Both the position numbers and the translations under genes were made by a program. Shown in pieces: positions 40,301-49,040 of a stretch of 57,161 nucleotides of DNA. The DNA comes from Candidatus Poseidoniaceae archaeon (GTDB lineage: Archaea; Thermoplasmatota; Poseidoniia; Poseidoniales; Poseidoniaceae): positions 1 to 57,161 of the forward strand of contig CALKDX010000002.1 in the NCBI GenBank assembly GCA_938084455.1, read 5' to 3'. Within the stretch, counting starts at the first letter, position 1. Every line of letters begins with the position of its first letter. The notes beneath the pieces were generated by a model. That model did not search any database. It saw nothing but the letters and a program-made list of their open reading frames with translations, and was not told the origin of the DNA.

Positions 40301-40867
40301 TCAAACAACCTTGGACCCAGCAGCTGTGGCACCCAAACTAAGGGTCTCAAAGGTGGTTCCTCCGGAGCCGACGTGGATGTAAGCTTGGACTGTGTTGCCG
40401 CTGCCTACGGTGGCAGCGGTACAATCCAGGCCTCCAGCAGCCGTACCGGAAAGGATCATTGTGTAACCGGTCGAGGGTTGCATGGTAGCAGCTGCTCCGC
40501 CAGTTCCGTCCATCAGTTCAACGGTTCCAACTGCGCCTTCAACTGGCAATGTACCTGGGCACATCAATTGGTAGGTGATTGAGTTGGTTGGGGCTGGCTC
40601 ACTGCCTGGTGCGAGACGCACATACAGTTTGTAGCCAGTGGTTCCGTCGACGTATGCGGCATTAATCATGACTTTACCAGCCATGTTGTCTGCGGTGTCG
40701 TCGCCAGTTTGTTGAGCGTTCTGTTGAAGCGCTTCAGCAGTCTGGATGATCACTGCTGCTGCAACTGCAGCAACAAGGATCAAAGCAATGAAGACGATCA
40801 TAGCGCCGATACCAATGGCAGCGACCTTGTCATCTTGGAATTCTTGATTGCGAGTGTTTGCCTTCAT
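40301..40867 (-). CDS. flaB: Archaellin (ArlB/FlaB) 2
   Basis: AIGIGAMIVFIALILVAAVAAAVIIQTAEALQQNAQQTG; LAPGS motif. Confidence 0.92.
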   Translation of the reverse strand: MKANTRNQEFQDDKVAAIGIGAMIVFIALILVAAVAAAVIIQTAEALQQNAQQTGDDTADNMAGKVMINAAYVDGTTGYKLYVRLAPGSEPAPTNSITYQLMCPGTLPVEGAVGTVELMDGTGGAAATMQPSTGYTMILSGTAAGGLDCTAATVGSGNTVQAYIHVGSGGTTFETLSLGATAAGSKVV

Positions 40868-41415
40868 ACAACCACCACTCCTCTGTCGACACTACCGCCG
40901 TAGCTGAGTAGTTCGTAAGTGAATCCACCGGATCCGGATTGAATCATGAATTCATTTGCGGTGTTTGCTGTTGGTGGGCAGTTGGTAGCACCAGCCAAGT
41001 TGAGCGTGATGCTGTAGGTCGAACCTGTGTTGAGGGTCACTGCGTTTCCGTTTGCGCCGACTTGGCTAGCGGTTGTGAAATCGCCAGCGTTTGAGTTTGC
41101 TCCACACTCAATTGCCCACATGACGTTTGCGGCAGTGATTGAATCAGAGCCGGGTGCGAGTTCAAATGTGACAAAGATCGATGTTGCAGGGTCTGCTGCA
41201 CCGGTTGTCACAATGCTCTTGATGAAGACCTTGGAGGCCAACAAATCTGTTGTTTCTTCACCGGTTGTCTGTGCGTTTTGTTGCAATTGCTCTGCAGTCT
41301 GAATAATGACTGCTGCTGCAACCGCCGCAACAAGAATCAGGGCAATGAAGACAATCATTGCACCAATACCAATTGCAGCGAGGTTATCGCTGTTTTCGTT
41401 CGTATTTTCTTTCAT
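40864..41415 (-). CDS. flaB: Archaellin (ArlB/FlaB) 1
   Basis: AIGIGAMIVFIALILVAAVAAAVIIQTAEQLQQNAQTTG; LAPGSD; start at the ATG after GGTGA (alternative 41427); ATGA overlap with the next archaellin. Confidence 0.92.
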   Translation of the reverse strand: MKENTNENSDNLAAIGIGAMIVFIALILVAAVAAAVIIQTAEQLQQNAQTTGEETTDLLASKVFIKSIVTTGAADPATSIFVTFELAPGSDSITAANVMWAIECGANSNAGDFTTASQVGANGNAVTLNTGSTYSITLNLAGATNCPPTANTANEFMIQSGSGGFTYELLSYGGSVDRGVVVV

Positions 41416-41474
41416 ATTTTTCACCATTTTTTGTTTTTTTTTGTATCCCCCACGTAGGGTGGAATTGGAGTGGT

Positions 41475-42536
41475 TCAGGCGTTGCCTCCCGAACCGATTT
41501 TGATGCGCAGAGGCATGCGAATAAGAGCGACTTCATCTGGTGCGAGACGATTGATGAAGGGAACCTTAGGTGTTGTAAACCCGGGCGGTATCCACGGCGA
41601 TAGCACGATGTCTTGCAGTGGCTCCATGGACCGGTTTTGCGCACGAATGGTGGCTGTGATTTCACCTGTACGCATTTCGTATGAGGTTGCAATGGCGAGT
41701 TTTCTCGACAAAGGAATTTCATCCGCTCCATACCTTCGGTTTGCTTTGACTTCAAACCGAAGCGGTAGGTTGCCACCAGGTGCAATGATTGGAAGGTCAA
41801 CCGATGAAGGAACGCAAGTCCAGCCCTCCGGCACAGGAGGGGCGAGTCGCATGTTTGGCATGGCAACTGGGCCATCGTTGATGATTCGCACGATCAACAC
41901 GCCTTCATCGCCACCAGCAGGCCATCGAGTGTCAAGGCCGAGCCAGAAGTGTCGGAATAAGAAGGGATTGAGGGTGGATGTGTTGCCACCAATCAGGTCA
42001 TCGACAAGGTGCTCGACTTCGCCTGCAGCGATGGCTACATCGCCAATTTCTGCTGCACCGGTTGCAGAACGCAAACGCAGCAGAATCGTTTCCACTTCCG
42101 ACTCGTTAATTTTTTTCTCGCTCAAGAGTCGGTGGAGCATAGCGATGTTTCTGCGCAAATGAAGAACATCTTCCTCAAGCAGTGCAAGCGATTGTTCGGC
42201 TTTCTTGACCGACTTGCGGGCCTTTCGAAGGTTGTGGGTGTTGAGGAATTGCTTTGCGTCAGCGATGTCAACTTCGGTACCCGCTAACGAATTGCCCTCA
42301 TCTTGTATGACGCCAAAGACAAGCGATTCGAGTTCTCTTGATGCAGAAATTAAACGGTCTGCAGAATCTTTGCTTGCTGCAATAGCAGCCCGTGCTTCCT
42401 CTACTTCACCCTCAGACATCTCTGTGGTTGTCGCCATCGATTCGCCCAATTCCGCATCAGGAACATCGAACCCTGCATCGACTTCGTCGAGCAGCATATC
42501 TGGGTCGTCAATGACGTCAACATCTTGCTTAGACAT
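41475..42536 (-). CDS. Hypothetical cytoplasmic protein: acidic/coiled-coil N-half plus Ig-like (NEW3-like) C-terminal domains
   Basis: 353 aa, no signal peptide; IINDG..VPEGW..IAPGG and AQNRS..IPPGF..LAPDE beta-sandwich motifs; overlaps the upstream gene by 8 nt. Confidence 0.8.
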   Translation of the reverse strand: MSKQDVDVIDDPDMLLDEVDAGFDVPDAELGESMATTTEMSEGEVEEARAAIAASKDSADRLISASRELESLVFGVIQDEGNSLAGTEVDIADAKQFLNTHNLRKARKSVKKAEQSLALLEEDVLHLRRNIAMLHRLLSEKKINESEVETILLRLRSATGAAEIGDVAIAAGEVEHLVDDLIGGNTSTLNPFLFRHFWLGLDTRWPAGGDEGVLIVRIINDGPVAMPNMRLAPPVPEGWTCVPSSVDLPIIAPGGNLPLRFEVKANRRYGADEIPLSRKLAIATSYEMRTGEITATIRAQNRSMEPLQDIVLSPWIPPGFTTPKVPFINRLAPDEVALIRMPLRIKIGSGGNA

Positions 42537-45500
42537 CGTCGTTCACCTCCTCTGTTGAAGCCTCACCTGAAACGATGGAACCAACGGTTGCAGTACCGGA
42601 GAGTTCTCCAAAGATTTCGTCCAAATCCAAGCCATCATTTGCCAGTTCGTTGAACAGGCGTGCCGGGTCGCCAAGGTCGCGTTCAATGCGAGTGGCCTTG
42701 ACTTCGATGTCCGTCAAACGACCGTAGAGATTACCATACGCACGGTCAGCGCGGAGAATGATCATCCAAACGCCGAGCATGACAATCGTGACATAAACGA
42801 CCACTGAAACGAGGTTGTTTTGGTCGTTGTAGATTTGTGGAGGTAGCCCGAGGACAACCGCCAAGAATCCCAACACCGGCACAGCAAGAATGACGCTGAG
42901 TTGTCTTCTGCTGTCGCGTAGAGCGTCGAAGTGATCCGCATAGAGCGTGGAAACGCCACGACGGGCTCTTTGGTAATCTTCGTGAATGAGTTTGAACTCT
43001 TCAGCACTGGCCCAACTCATTCGCCAAATCCAAAGGGCTGCGAGGAAAAGCACGGAAAGCCCCCAGAATGGTAAATCGAGGACATGGAACGCGAAGCCGA
43101 ACCCAAGCACACCGGAGTAGACCGATAGAAGGCGGAATTTCTCATTTTGACCTGTTAAGCGCAAAAGAATGAACGATGTGAGGAAACAAATGATGAGTGC
43201 AATGAAGCTCGTAGATACCCCTGGGGATGACGATTCAACATCAAGTTCAATGGTTCGAACGTCATTGCCTACAACGTTCTTTGCCATGTACACCGCATCG
43301 ACGGTTGCTGTGCAGGTTGTAGATTGGGATTGAATCCACCAGTCGATGGCATTGGGTTGAATGACCCATGTGAGTTCTACCGATTGGCCCGGTCCAAGCA
43401 GACCAATCATTGGTCCGTCACTCGGGTTTGTTGGAATATTGATAATCACTGCGTCAGGGCATTCAAGCGCCACATCGATGCCGATTGCTGATGCCGTACC
43501 GGCGTTGAGCACGGTTAGCGTTAGGTCGTATTCTTCACCCTCAGCAAGACTCACCTCACCCATTGCTTCGACCAGTGGATCTGCAAAGACATCCAAGGCA
43601 AAACTGAACGTTTCCGGGTCGAAATTCGAGTAATTGGCGTTCTCGGTCGGATGGTACAAACGGAATTCCAAGTCCCATCCATCGCCAGAGAGGATGTTTG
43701 GACGAACGGGGGTTTGGACTCGAATCTTAATCGGATTGGTTGTGTCCCACGCACTGCGTTCTGGCAGAGAAATTCTGGCCGCCTCGCCTTGGGTACCAGA
43801 GGCACACGAAGAGGATTCAAGCGGCAAGGTGATTTCCGTGTTGTTGGCATCTGGAAGGATGACTGTGAATGACCATGGGTAGTCCGCCTCATTCAGGTTC
43901 AACGAACTGAAGTCCAGCATGCGGGTAGCGCCGCACAATTCAAGCTCATAGGCAGCGCTCAATGCTTGGCCGTTTGGAATGTGAGAATACGTGAGGTCGA
44001 TGTCCAATGGAGGGTCACCGACCTCCGGTCGAAGTACAATTTCCCCGGTGCTGAAGAACCGAGACATCATGAGTTGAGTTGCGAACGAGGCGTTTCCTTC
44101 GACCAATGCATCGCTTGGCTGATAGTAGATCTTGAAGTCAGCAGTTGTCGACAAATCGGGTTCGAAATTCAGAGCCTCGACGCTGAAGATATGAGTCACA
44201 GGGACGCCAATTGGCAATGTAAGTGTGGTTGGGGCGTCTGAGACCATTGCCCAATCGGTCGATTGGATGGTCAGCCCGGGTGCATTGATGACGTAACCGA
44301 CTTGAACCTCAACATCTCGATTTCCAGTGTTGAGCAGCGAAACTTCCCATGTTCGTGTGCCTTGGCGATAAAATTCCATTTCTGTAGGCCAGTCTTCTAC
44401 TTCCAAGGTGAACAACGCACCAACTCTGAGTTGAATCACCACGCTTGTTTTGAAGGCTGAAGAATCAGCATCATACACTGAGATTGTCAAATTGTGCACT
44501 GAACCATCGAGCAGCGTTGTCTCGCCACCGAGGCTTGGAACGCTCACAACAACCTGCCCTGCGATGGTTTGATTGATCGATAATGTCATGCCGATTTCAC
44601 TGACATCGGTTGACCATTCGCCTTCAACAGTAGGCTTGACAATCACCGACTCCTGAAGGTTGCCAATGTTGGTCACATTGAACTCAACCATGGTCATTTC
44701 ACCGGGTGTGACGGCAACGACCTGAGGACCTTCGACTTGAATATCAGAACTCTTGGTGATGTTGGCAGTAATGTTTGCAGACATGTTGACGACGCCGCTT
44801 GAATCTTCGACCCAAACAGTGGTGACGTAGTTTTGGTCAGCACTGGCTGTGGAGGATGGTGTGGCCCTCACCTTGATGATGTCCTCGTAATTTGGGGCGA
44901 TTAACATCGATGGATTCGAATCAAGTTCGAACATTACGTCGCCTGCTTCACTGTTGTCAAGCCAGACATAGAATGTCGTTGGAGCGTTTCCAGTGTTTGT
45001 GATCTTGATGGTCTTGAATTCGCCCACATCAGTGGGTGCTAACGATAGAGTTTGGGTCAGCGGGAAAAGAGTCCCATTGCGGATTTCACCAACCCGAATT
45101 GGCAGAATGTGTTCGGTAATGATTTCGCCTGTGTCTCGGTGTTCAACCGTGAGGGTGAGTGGGATAATCGAATTTGCTGGAACAAAGGGGTCGGTTGTAA
45201 TCAGCAACTCAACAATGGTTTTGTGAGCGCCTCCGACATCTGGATGATCAGCAACATCCGCGGAGAGGTTATCGATTGTGTCAGTGGTTCCATTGAATTC
45301 AACGGTCCAATCGCTTGGTACATCTGCCACTCGCAATCTGTAAGAAGTAAGGTCGTTTCCGGTGTTTGCCAGTTGGAAGGCCACGGGCGTTTGGACACCG
45401 ACCATCACATCGACCGGTCCGTCTTCGAGAATATCCGCTCCATAGACGGTTGGAATGATGATTGACAAGTTCCTTGTGACAGGAGTGGCGCCAACGCCGC

Positions 45501-47448
45501 TACCAGTGTGCACGCCACCAAGGGAGGGCGTCACAGTAACTGAGAGGGTGAGCGTACCTGCTAACGGATAGTCATCATCAGGGCCTTGAATGGCGAGGAT
45601 TGCCGGTTGGGTATCGCCCGGGCGCAGTCCGGTCAAACTTGGTGGAGAAACTGAGGCAGACCAACGTTCTGCTTCGGTGAACCCGCCAGTGTTTGCTGCT
45701 AGGAATGAAATGCTCGATACCACAACTTCAGCGGAGAGTGTTTCATCGATGTTGGAATACAAATTGTGTCGGACCTCGACATCAAGCGACAAGATGTCTT
45801 CGAGGCCTTGGCCGTTTCTTGCCGCAATTACATCTTCTGCAGTTAGGGTCAATTCCTCAACAGGCAAACCTGGGTCAACCACAATCGTTGGAAGGACTTC
45901 GATGTTGGAGGAGTTTTGAACCGGGAGGCCGCCACCATTTGCTTGAACCTGCAACCAAACTTGGAGCGGTTGGCCTGCCAGATTGAATTCGCCAGGGTTC
46001 AATGGGCTCTTGATGGGTGGAACCTTAATGTCAATTGGAACTTGAATCGTTTGAGAACGATTGATGTACATCGAAACCTCTTCGCATGGCTCACCTTGGA
46101 GATCCAACACCCAATTCACCGCAGCCACGGAAAGCCCGCAATCGAAGGTGAATTCGCCGCCTACATTCCCCTCATTGGTGATGTTGGCCATCACCGAGGC
46201 TGAAACGCCTGGTTTGAGCATTGTCGTGGTGCTGGGCATTTCTATTGATGCAAGGTAGGACTCGCCGGCTTGGACGACAGCGGTTGTCACCAGAGTGTAT
46301 CCGTCTTGAAGCGACAAAAGAGTGAGTGTGATGGTAGTGGCATTGGTCCTGTTTTCATCCACTGGAACCGTTACGGCAATGGCGATCGAGGTCGTGGCGC
46401 CTGGAGCAATCGTAGAGGTGGATGTGGTGACAAGTGAGGTGTCGGCCCAACTCCGACTGATGGGCGAAGCGCTGATCGATTGTATGCGATAGGAATCCAT
46501 CAAGGCACCTGTGTTCTTCAGAAGGAATGTGAGGGTTCCCGTTTGACCTGGTTCGATGGAACGGTCGCCCAGCGAAGACAAGGAGGCCGTATAATTGGAG
46601 AATCGTGCCGTGAATGAATCAACAGTTTCGTTGTAATTCCACATTGTACCGTTGTAGGTCACCGTGAATGTCATGTCCCAGAGACCACTAAAAGTCGAAG
46701 AATCGAACGAGTAGGTCAGGTTCTCAACGCCCGAGGCAGAAAACAGGGACCCCGCTTCAAGCGTCTGAGTGTTCGACCAGAAAGTGAAGGAAGTGGAGGG
46801 GTCGTTCGAATCGGTCACGGTCAGATTCATCACTGCTGAGATTGTTTTCACCCCAGCATTTCGAACCGAGACATTGAATGTCTTCATGGAGCGAGTGATG
46901 CCAATTTCTGTTTCACCGGGTGAAATGTCTGGGAGGTTGTCATCGGTTGTGATCCCGCTGTGGTTGTTCTTGACATCGAAATCTTTGCGTTGTTCGTTGT
47001 TGCCGGGGTTGCTATCACCTGCGCCCGAGACACGGGCAAAGAGCGTTTGAGCGTCCCCGGTGGTTGCTGTCCAAGGAATAACGATTGGATTGGAGGTTGT
47101 GAGCGCAGGAATGGACCCAAGGGCGATGGTCGTTACGATGTATTCGCCAGAAGTGGGCGAGCCTTTGTGAACGAGTTGCAGGGAAGCGCTTCCGCTCAAG
47201 TCGCCTGTGTTTCGAACGACAACCCGCACATCATGTTCTGCTGGTTCAAGATAAATTCCAACCCCGCGGTCAATCGATCCTGCCCCGCTAAAGGTCAGGA
47301 GCGTGACACCGAAGTCAGGTGCCGCCCTGCCCGAAGTTTGAGCGCCACTGCTTCCAATCAGGGGAGTGGCCATTGGGACCAAGAAGAGAATCACTAACGC
47401 TAAAGCAAGCTTTGTCGTTGAGGAACGGTGTTCACGCAGAGGCTTCAC
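42529..47448 (-). CDS. About 1640-aa membrane-anchored protein with tandem CARDB/NEW3-like Ig domains and a C-terminal multi-TM domain
   Basis: Repeated N(T/E/I/A)G(N/D) and PG(Q/E) Ig motifs; signal-like KLALALVILFLVPMATPL; about 5 C-terminal TMs plus a cytoplasmic tail; start reassigned to the GTG at 47448 (CTG 47439 also possible) because the track start overlaps another gene. Confidence 0.85.
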   Translation of the reverse strand: MKPLREHRSSTTKLALALVILFLVPMATPLIGSSGAQTSGRAAPDFGVTLLTFSGAGSIDRGVGIYLEPAEHDVRVVVRNTGDLSGSASLQLVHKGSPTSGEYIVTTIALGSIPALTTSNPIVIPWTATTGDAQTLFARVSGAGDSNPGNNEQRKDFDVKNNHSGITTDDNLPDISPGETEIGITRSMKTFNVSVRNAGVKTISAVMNLTVTDSNDPSTSFTFWSNTQTLEAGSLFSASGVENLTYSFDSSTFSGLWDMTFTVTYNGTMWNYNETVDSFTARFSNYTASLSSLGDRSIEPGQTGTLTFLLKNTGALMDSYRIQSISASPISRSWADTSLVTTSTSTIAPGATTSIAIAVTVPVDENRTNATTITLTLLSLQDGYTLVTTAVVQAGESYLASIEMPSTTTMLKPGVSASVMANITNEGNVGGEFTFDCGLSVAAVNWVLDLQGEPCEEVSMYINRSQTIQVPIDIKVPPIKSPLNPGEFNLAGQPLQVWLQVQANGGGLPVQNSSNIEVLPTIVVDPGLPVEELTLTAEDVIAARNGQGLEDILSLDVEVRHNLYSNIDETLSAEVVVSSISFLAANTGGFTEAERWSASVSPPSLTGLRPGDTQPAILAIQGPDDDYPLAGTLTLSVTVTPSLGGVHTGSGVGATPVTRNLSIIIPTVYGADILEDGPVDVMVGVQTPVAFQLANTGNDLTSYRLRVADVPSDWTVEFNGTTDTIDNLSADVADHPDVGGAHKTIVELLITTDPFVPANSIIPLTLTVEHRDTGEIITEHILPIRVGEIRNGTLFPLTQTLSLAPTDVGEFKTIKITNTGNAPTTFYVWLDNSEAGDVMFELDSNPSMLIAPNYEDIIKVRATPSSTASADQNYVTTVWVEDSSGVVNMSANITANITKSSDIQVEGPQVVAVTPGEMTMVEFNVTNIGNLQESVIVKPTVEGEWSTDVSEIGMTLSINQTIAGQVVVSVPSLGGETTLLDGSVHNLTISVYDADSSAFKTSVVIQLRVGALFTLEVEDWPTEMEFYRQGTRTWEVSLLNTGNRDVEVQVGYVINAPGLTIQSTDWAMVSDAPTTLTLPIGVPVTHIFSVEALNFEPDLSTTADFKIYYQPSDALVEGNASFATQLMMSRFFSTGEIVLRPEVGDPPLDIDLTYSHIPNGQALSAAYELELCGATRMLDFSSLNLNEADYPWSFTVILPDANNTEITLPLESSSCASGTQGEAARISLPERSAWDTTNPIKIRVQTPVRPNILSGDGWDLEFRLYHPTENANYSNFDPETFSFALDVFADPLVEAMGEVSLAEGEEYDLTLTVLNAGTASAIGIDVALECPDAVIINIPTNPSDGPMIGLLGPGQSVELTWVIQPNAIDWWIQSQSTTCTATVDAVYMAKNVVGNDVRTIELDVESSSPGVSTSFIALIICFLTSFILLRLTGQNEKFRLLSVYSGVLGFGFAFHVLDLPFWGLSVLFLAALWIWRMSWASAEEFKLIHEDYQRARRGVSTLYADHFDALRDSRRQLSVILAVPVLGFLAVVLGLPPQIYNDQNNLVSVVVYVTIVMLGVWMIILRADRAYGNLYGRLTDIEVKATRIERDLGDPARLFNELANDGLDLDEIFGELSGTATVGSIVSGEASTEEVNDDV

Positions 47449-47863
47449 CTCCCGGTTTTTCAAAGCGGTCAATGGTGACTCGCTTGCCTTGTGACTTCCA
47501 CTGCAGCAGCAATTGGTGGAGAAGGCGATCATGCTCTTGCTCTGAAATCCCCAAACGACGTCGCTCCTCCCAAAGAAGCAGTTGTTCAGTGCGCGTGAGC
47601 AAGGCGTCGCGAAGGTAGAGTTCGAGGGTCCGCCGATAGGCGTCCCGATCTGATATCGCATAGACAATGGTGTCTCCGGGCAACTGATCGGCACGGTGCT
47701 GAATCAAGTTACCCAGCGTTAGGGCCTCATCGTAAGACACGTTTCTTTTGTCCAAATCAGTTTGAATCGAGCTGGCTATGGCCTGTAGATCAAACTTGGT
47801 CGTCACACGCTGTATGCGCTTGAAGTACCGACGAGAACGTCGAGACATACGCGATGCGACCAT
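47432..47863 (-). CDS. Hypothetical protein with ENT/TerB-like helical motif
   Basis: AYRRTLELYLRDALLTRTEQLLLWEERRRLGISEQEHDRLL; TATA-like TTCAATAA 21 nt upstream. Confidence 0.78.
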   Translation of the reverse strand: MVASRMSRRSRRYFKRIQRVTTKFDLQAIASSIQTDLDKRNVSYDEALTLGNLIQHRADQLPGDTIVYAISDRDAYRRTLELYLRDALLTRTEQLLLWEERRRLGISEQEHDRLLHQLLLQWKSQGKRVTIDRFEKPGGEASA

Positions 47864-48061
47864 GCCTCTTCGTTTACCTGCCGGTTATTGAAAGAATCGG
47901 TCACCATTAGAGGTTCTACTACATGTGAATCGACATCTATGCATCCCGCATAAAACGCTCACAGAGTGTGATTTTAACCACGAAAGACTCGCAAAACAAG
48001 GTCAAATACCTCCAAATTGCAAAAAGCAACCCTTCTTGATGTACCAGCGGTTGCACAAACC

Positions 48062-48547
48062 ATGAACGAAGCCATTTCACACACTGTTGGGTCGAAGTCC
48101 CCACGGTTCTCTGTGCAAGACTCAGCCGGCAACCAACACGACCTTGAAGCCTACATGGCCGAGGGAAAAACGGTCATTCTGTACTTCTACCCAAGAGATT
48201 CAACCCCGGGATGCACCACCCAAGCCTGCGACTTCCGCGACTCAATGGACCGCCTCGTCCACGAAGGCTATGTCGTCCTCGGAGTTTCAAAAGATTCTGC
48301 GGCTTCCCACGAGAAATTCATTCAGAAGCAAGAACTCAATTTCCCGCTCCTGCTTGACTCCGAAGGTGTGCTTCATGACGCCTTTGGAACATGGCGAATG
48401 AAGAAGAATTACGGTAGAGAGTACATGGGATGCGCCCGATCCACATTTGTGATTGGCCCAGAGGGAACCTTCGAATGGCTCCGATACAACGTCAAAGCCA
48501 AAGGACACGTACCAATGTTGATGCGTGAACTTGGCCTGACTGAATGA
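48062..48547 (+). CDS. bcp: Peroxiredoxin Bcp/PrxQ
   Basis: LYFYPRDSTPGCTTQACDFRD, GVSKD, RSTFVI. Confidence 0.95.
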   Translation: MNEAISHTVGSKSPRFSVQDSAGNQHDLEAYMAEGKTVILYFYPRDSTPGCTTQACDFRDSMDRLVHEGYVVLGVSKDSAASHEKFIQKQELNFPLLLDSEGVLHDAFGTWRMKKNYGREYMGCARSTFVIGPEGTFEWLRYNVKAKGHVPMLMRELGLTE

Positions 48548-48557
48548 GCGTGGGGCC

Positions 48558-49040
48558 ATGAACGAAAGAATCGACGTTGGCGCAGAAAGCGTTGCGTGGA
48601 GCCCTTGTCACCTTGGAGAAGGACTGTTGATCGGCCGTAAGTGTTCAATCGGGGCACTTGCGCACATTGGAAGAAACGTGGAGCTTGGCGATGGTTGCCG
48701 GATCCAAGGAGGGGCGTACATCGCCGATGGATCGATTCTTGGCAGCAATGTCTTCATCGGACCAAATGCAACGCTCCTGAACGATCTCTATCCGCCCTCA
48801 AAGGATTCAACCAAATGGTTGCCCGTCAGAGTGGCTTCGGGAGCAGTCGTTGGAGGGGGAGCTACAGTGGTGGCTGGCGTGAGCATCGGTGAAAATTCAG
48901 TTCTGGGAGCCGGGGCCACCCTCACACGTAACCTTCCAAAAAACGAGGTCTGGGTCGGAACACCTGCACGGTACCACTCAACTCGCGAAGAATACGAACG
49001 CAAGGGCGGACGAGAAAGCACAACAAATGGAGAGGATTGA
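48558..49040 (+). CDS. Hexapeptide-repeat N-acyltransferase (WbpD/WlbB-like)
   Basis: Left-handed beta-helix hexapeptides, VFIGPNATLLNDLYP, VWVGTPAR. Confidence 0.88.
   Translation: MNERIDVGAESVAWSPCHLGEGLLIGRKCSIGALAHIGRNVELGDGCRIQGGAYIADGSILGSNVFIGPNATLLNDLYPPSKDSTKWLPVRVASGAVVGGGATVVAGVSIGENSVLGAGATLTRNLPKNEVWVGTPARYHSTREEYERKGGRESTTNGED

Noticed and set aside
39607-40382. 244-aa and 227-aa plus-strand ORFs
   Set aside because: Antisense to the archaellum operon genes; no recognisable motifs
34005-41415. Interpreting the cluster as a bacterial T2SS/Tad or conjugation system
   Set aside because: The archaellin N-domains plus arlF/G/H/I/J order identify it as archaellum-type
41470-42162. 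230-aa plus-strand ORF
   Set aside because: Antisense shadow of the 353-aa gene, which fits the operon
47449-47694. N-terminal 82 aa of the 1721-aa track ORF
   Set aside because: Overlaps the 47432-47863 gene in another frame and precedes the signal peptide; the real start is near 47448
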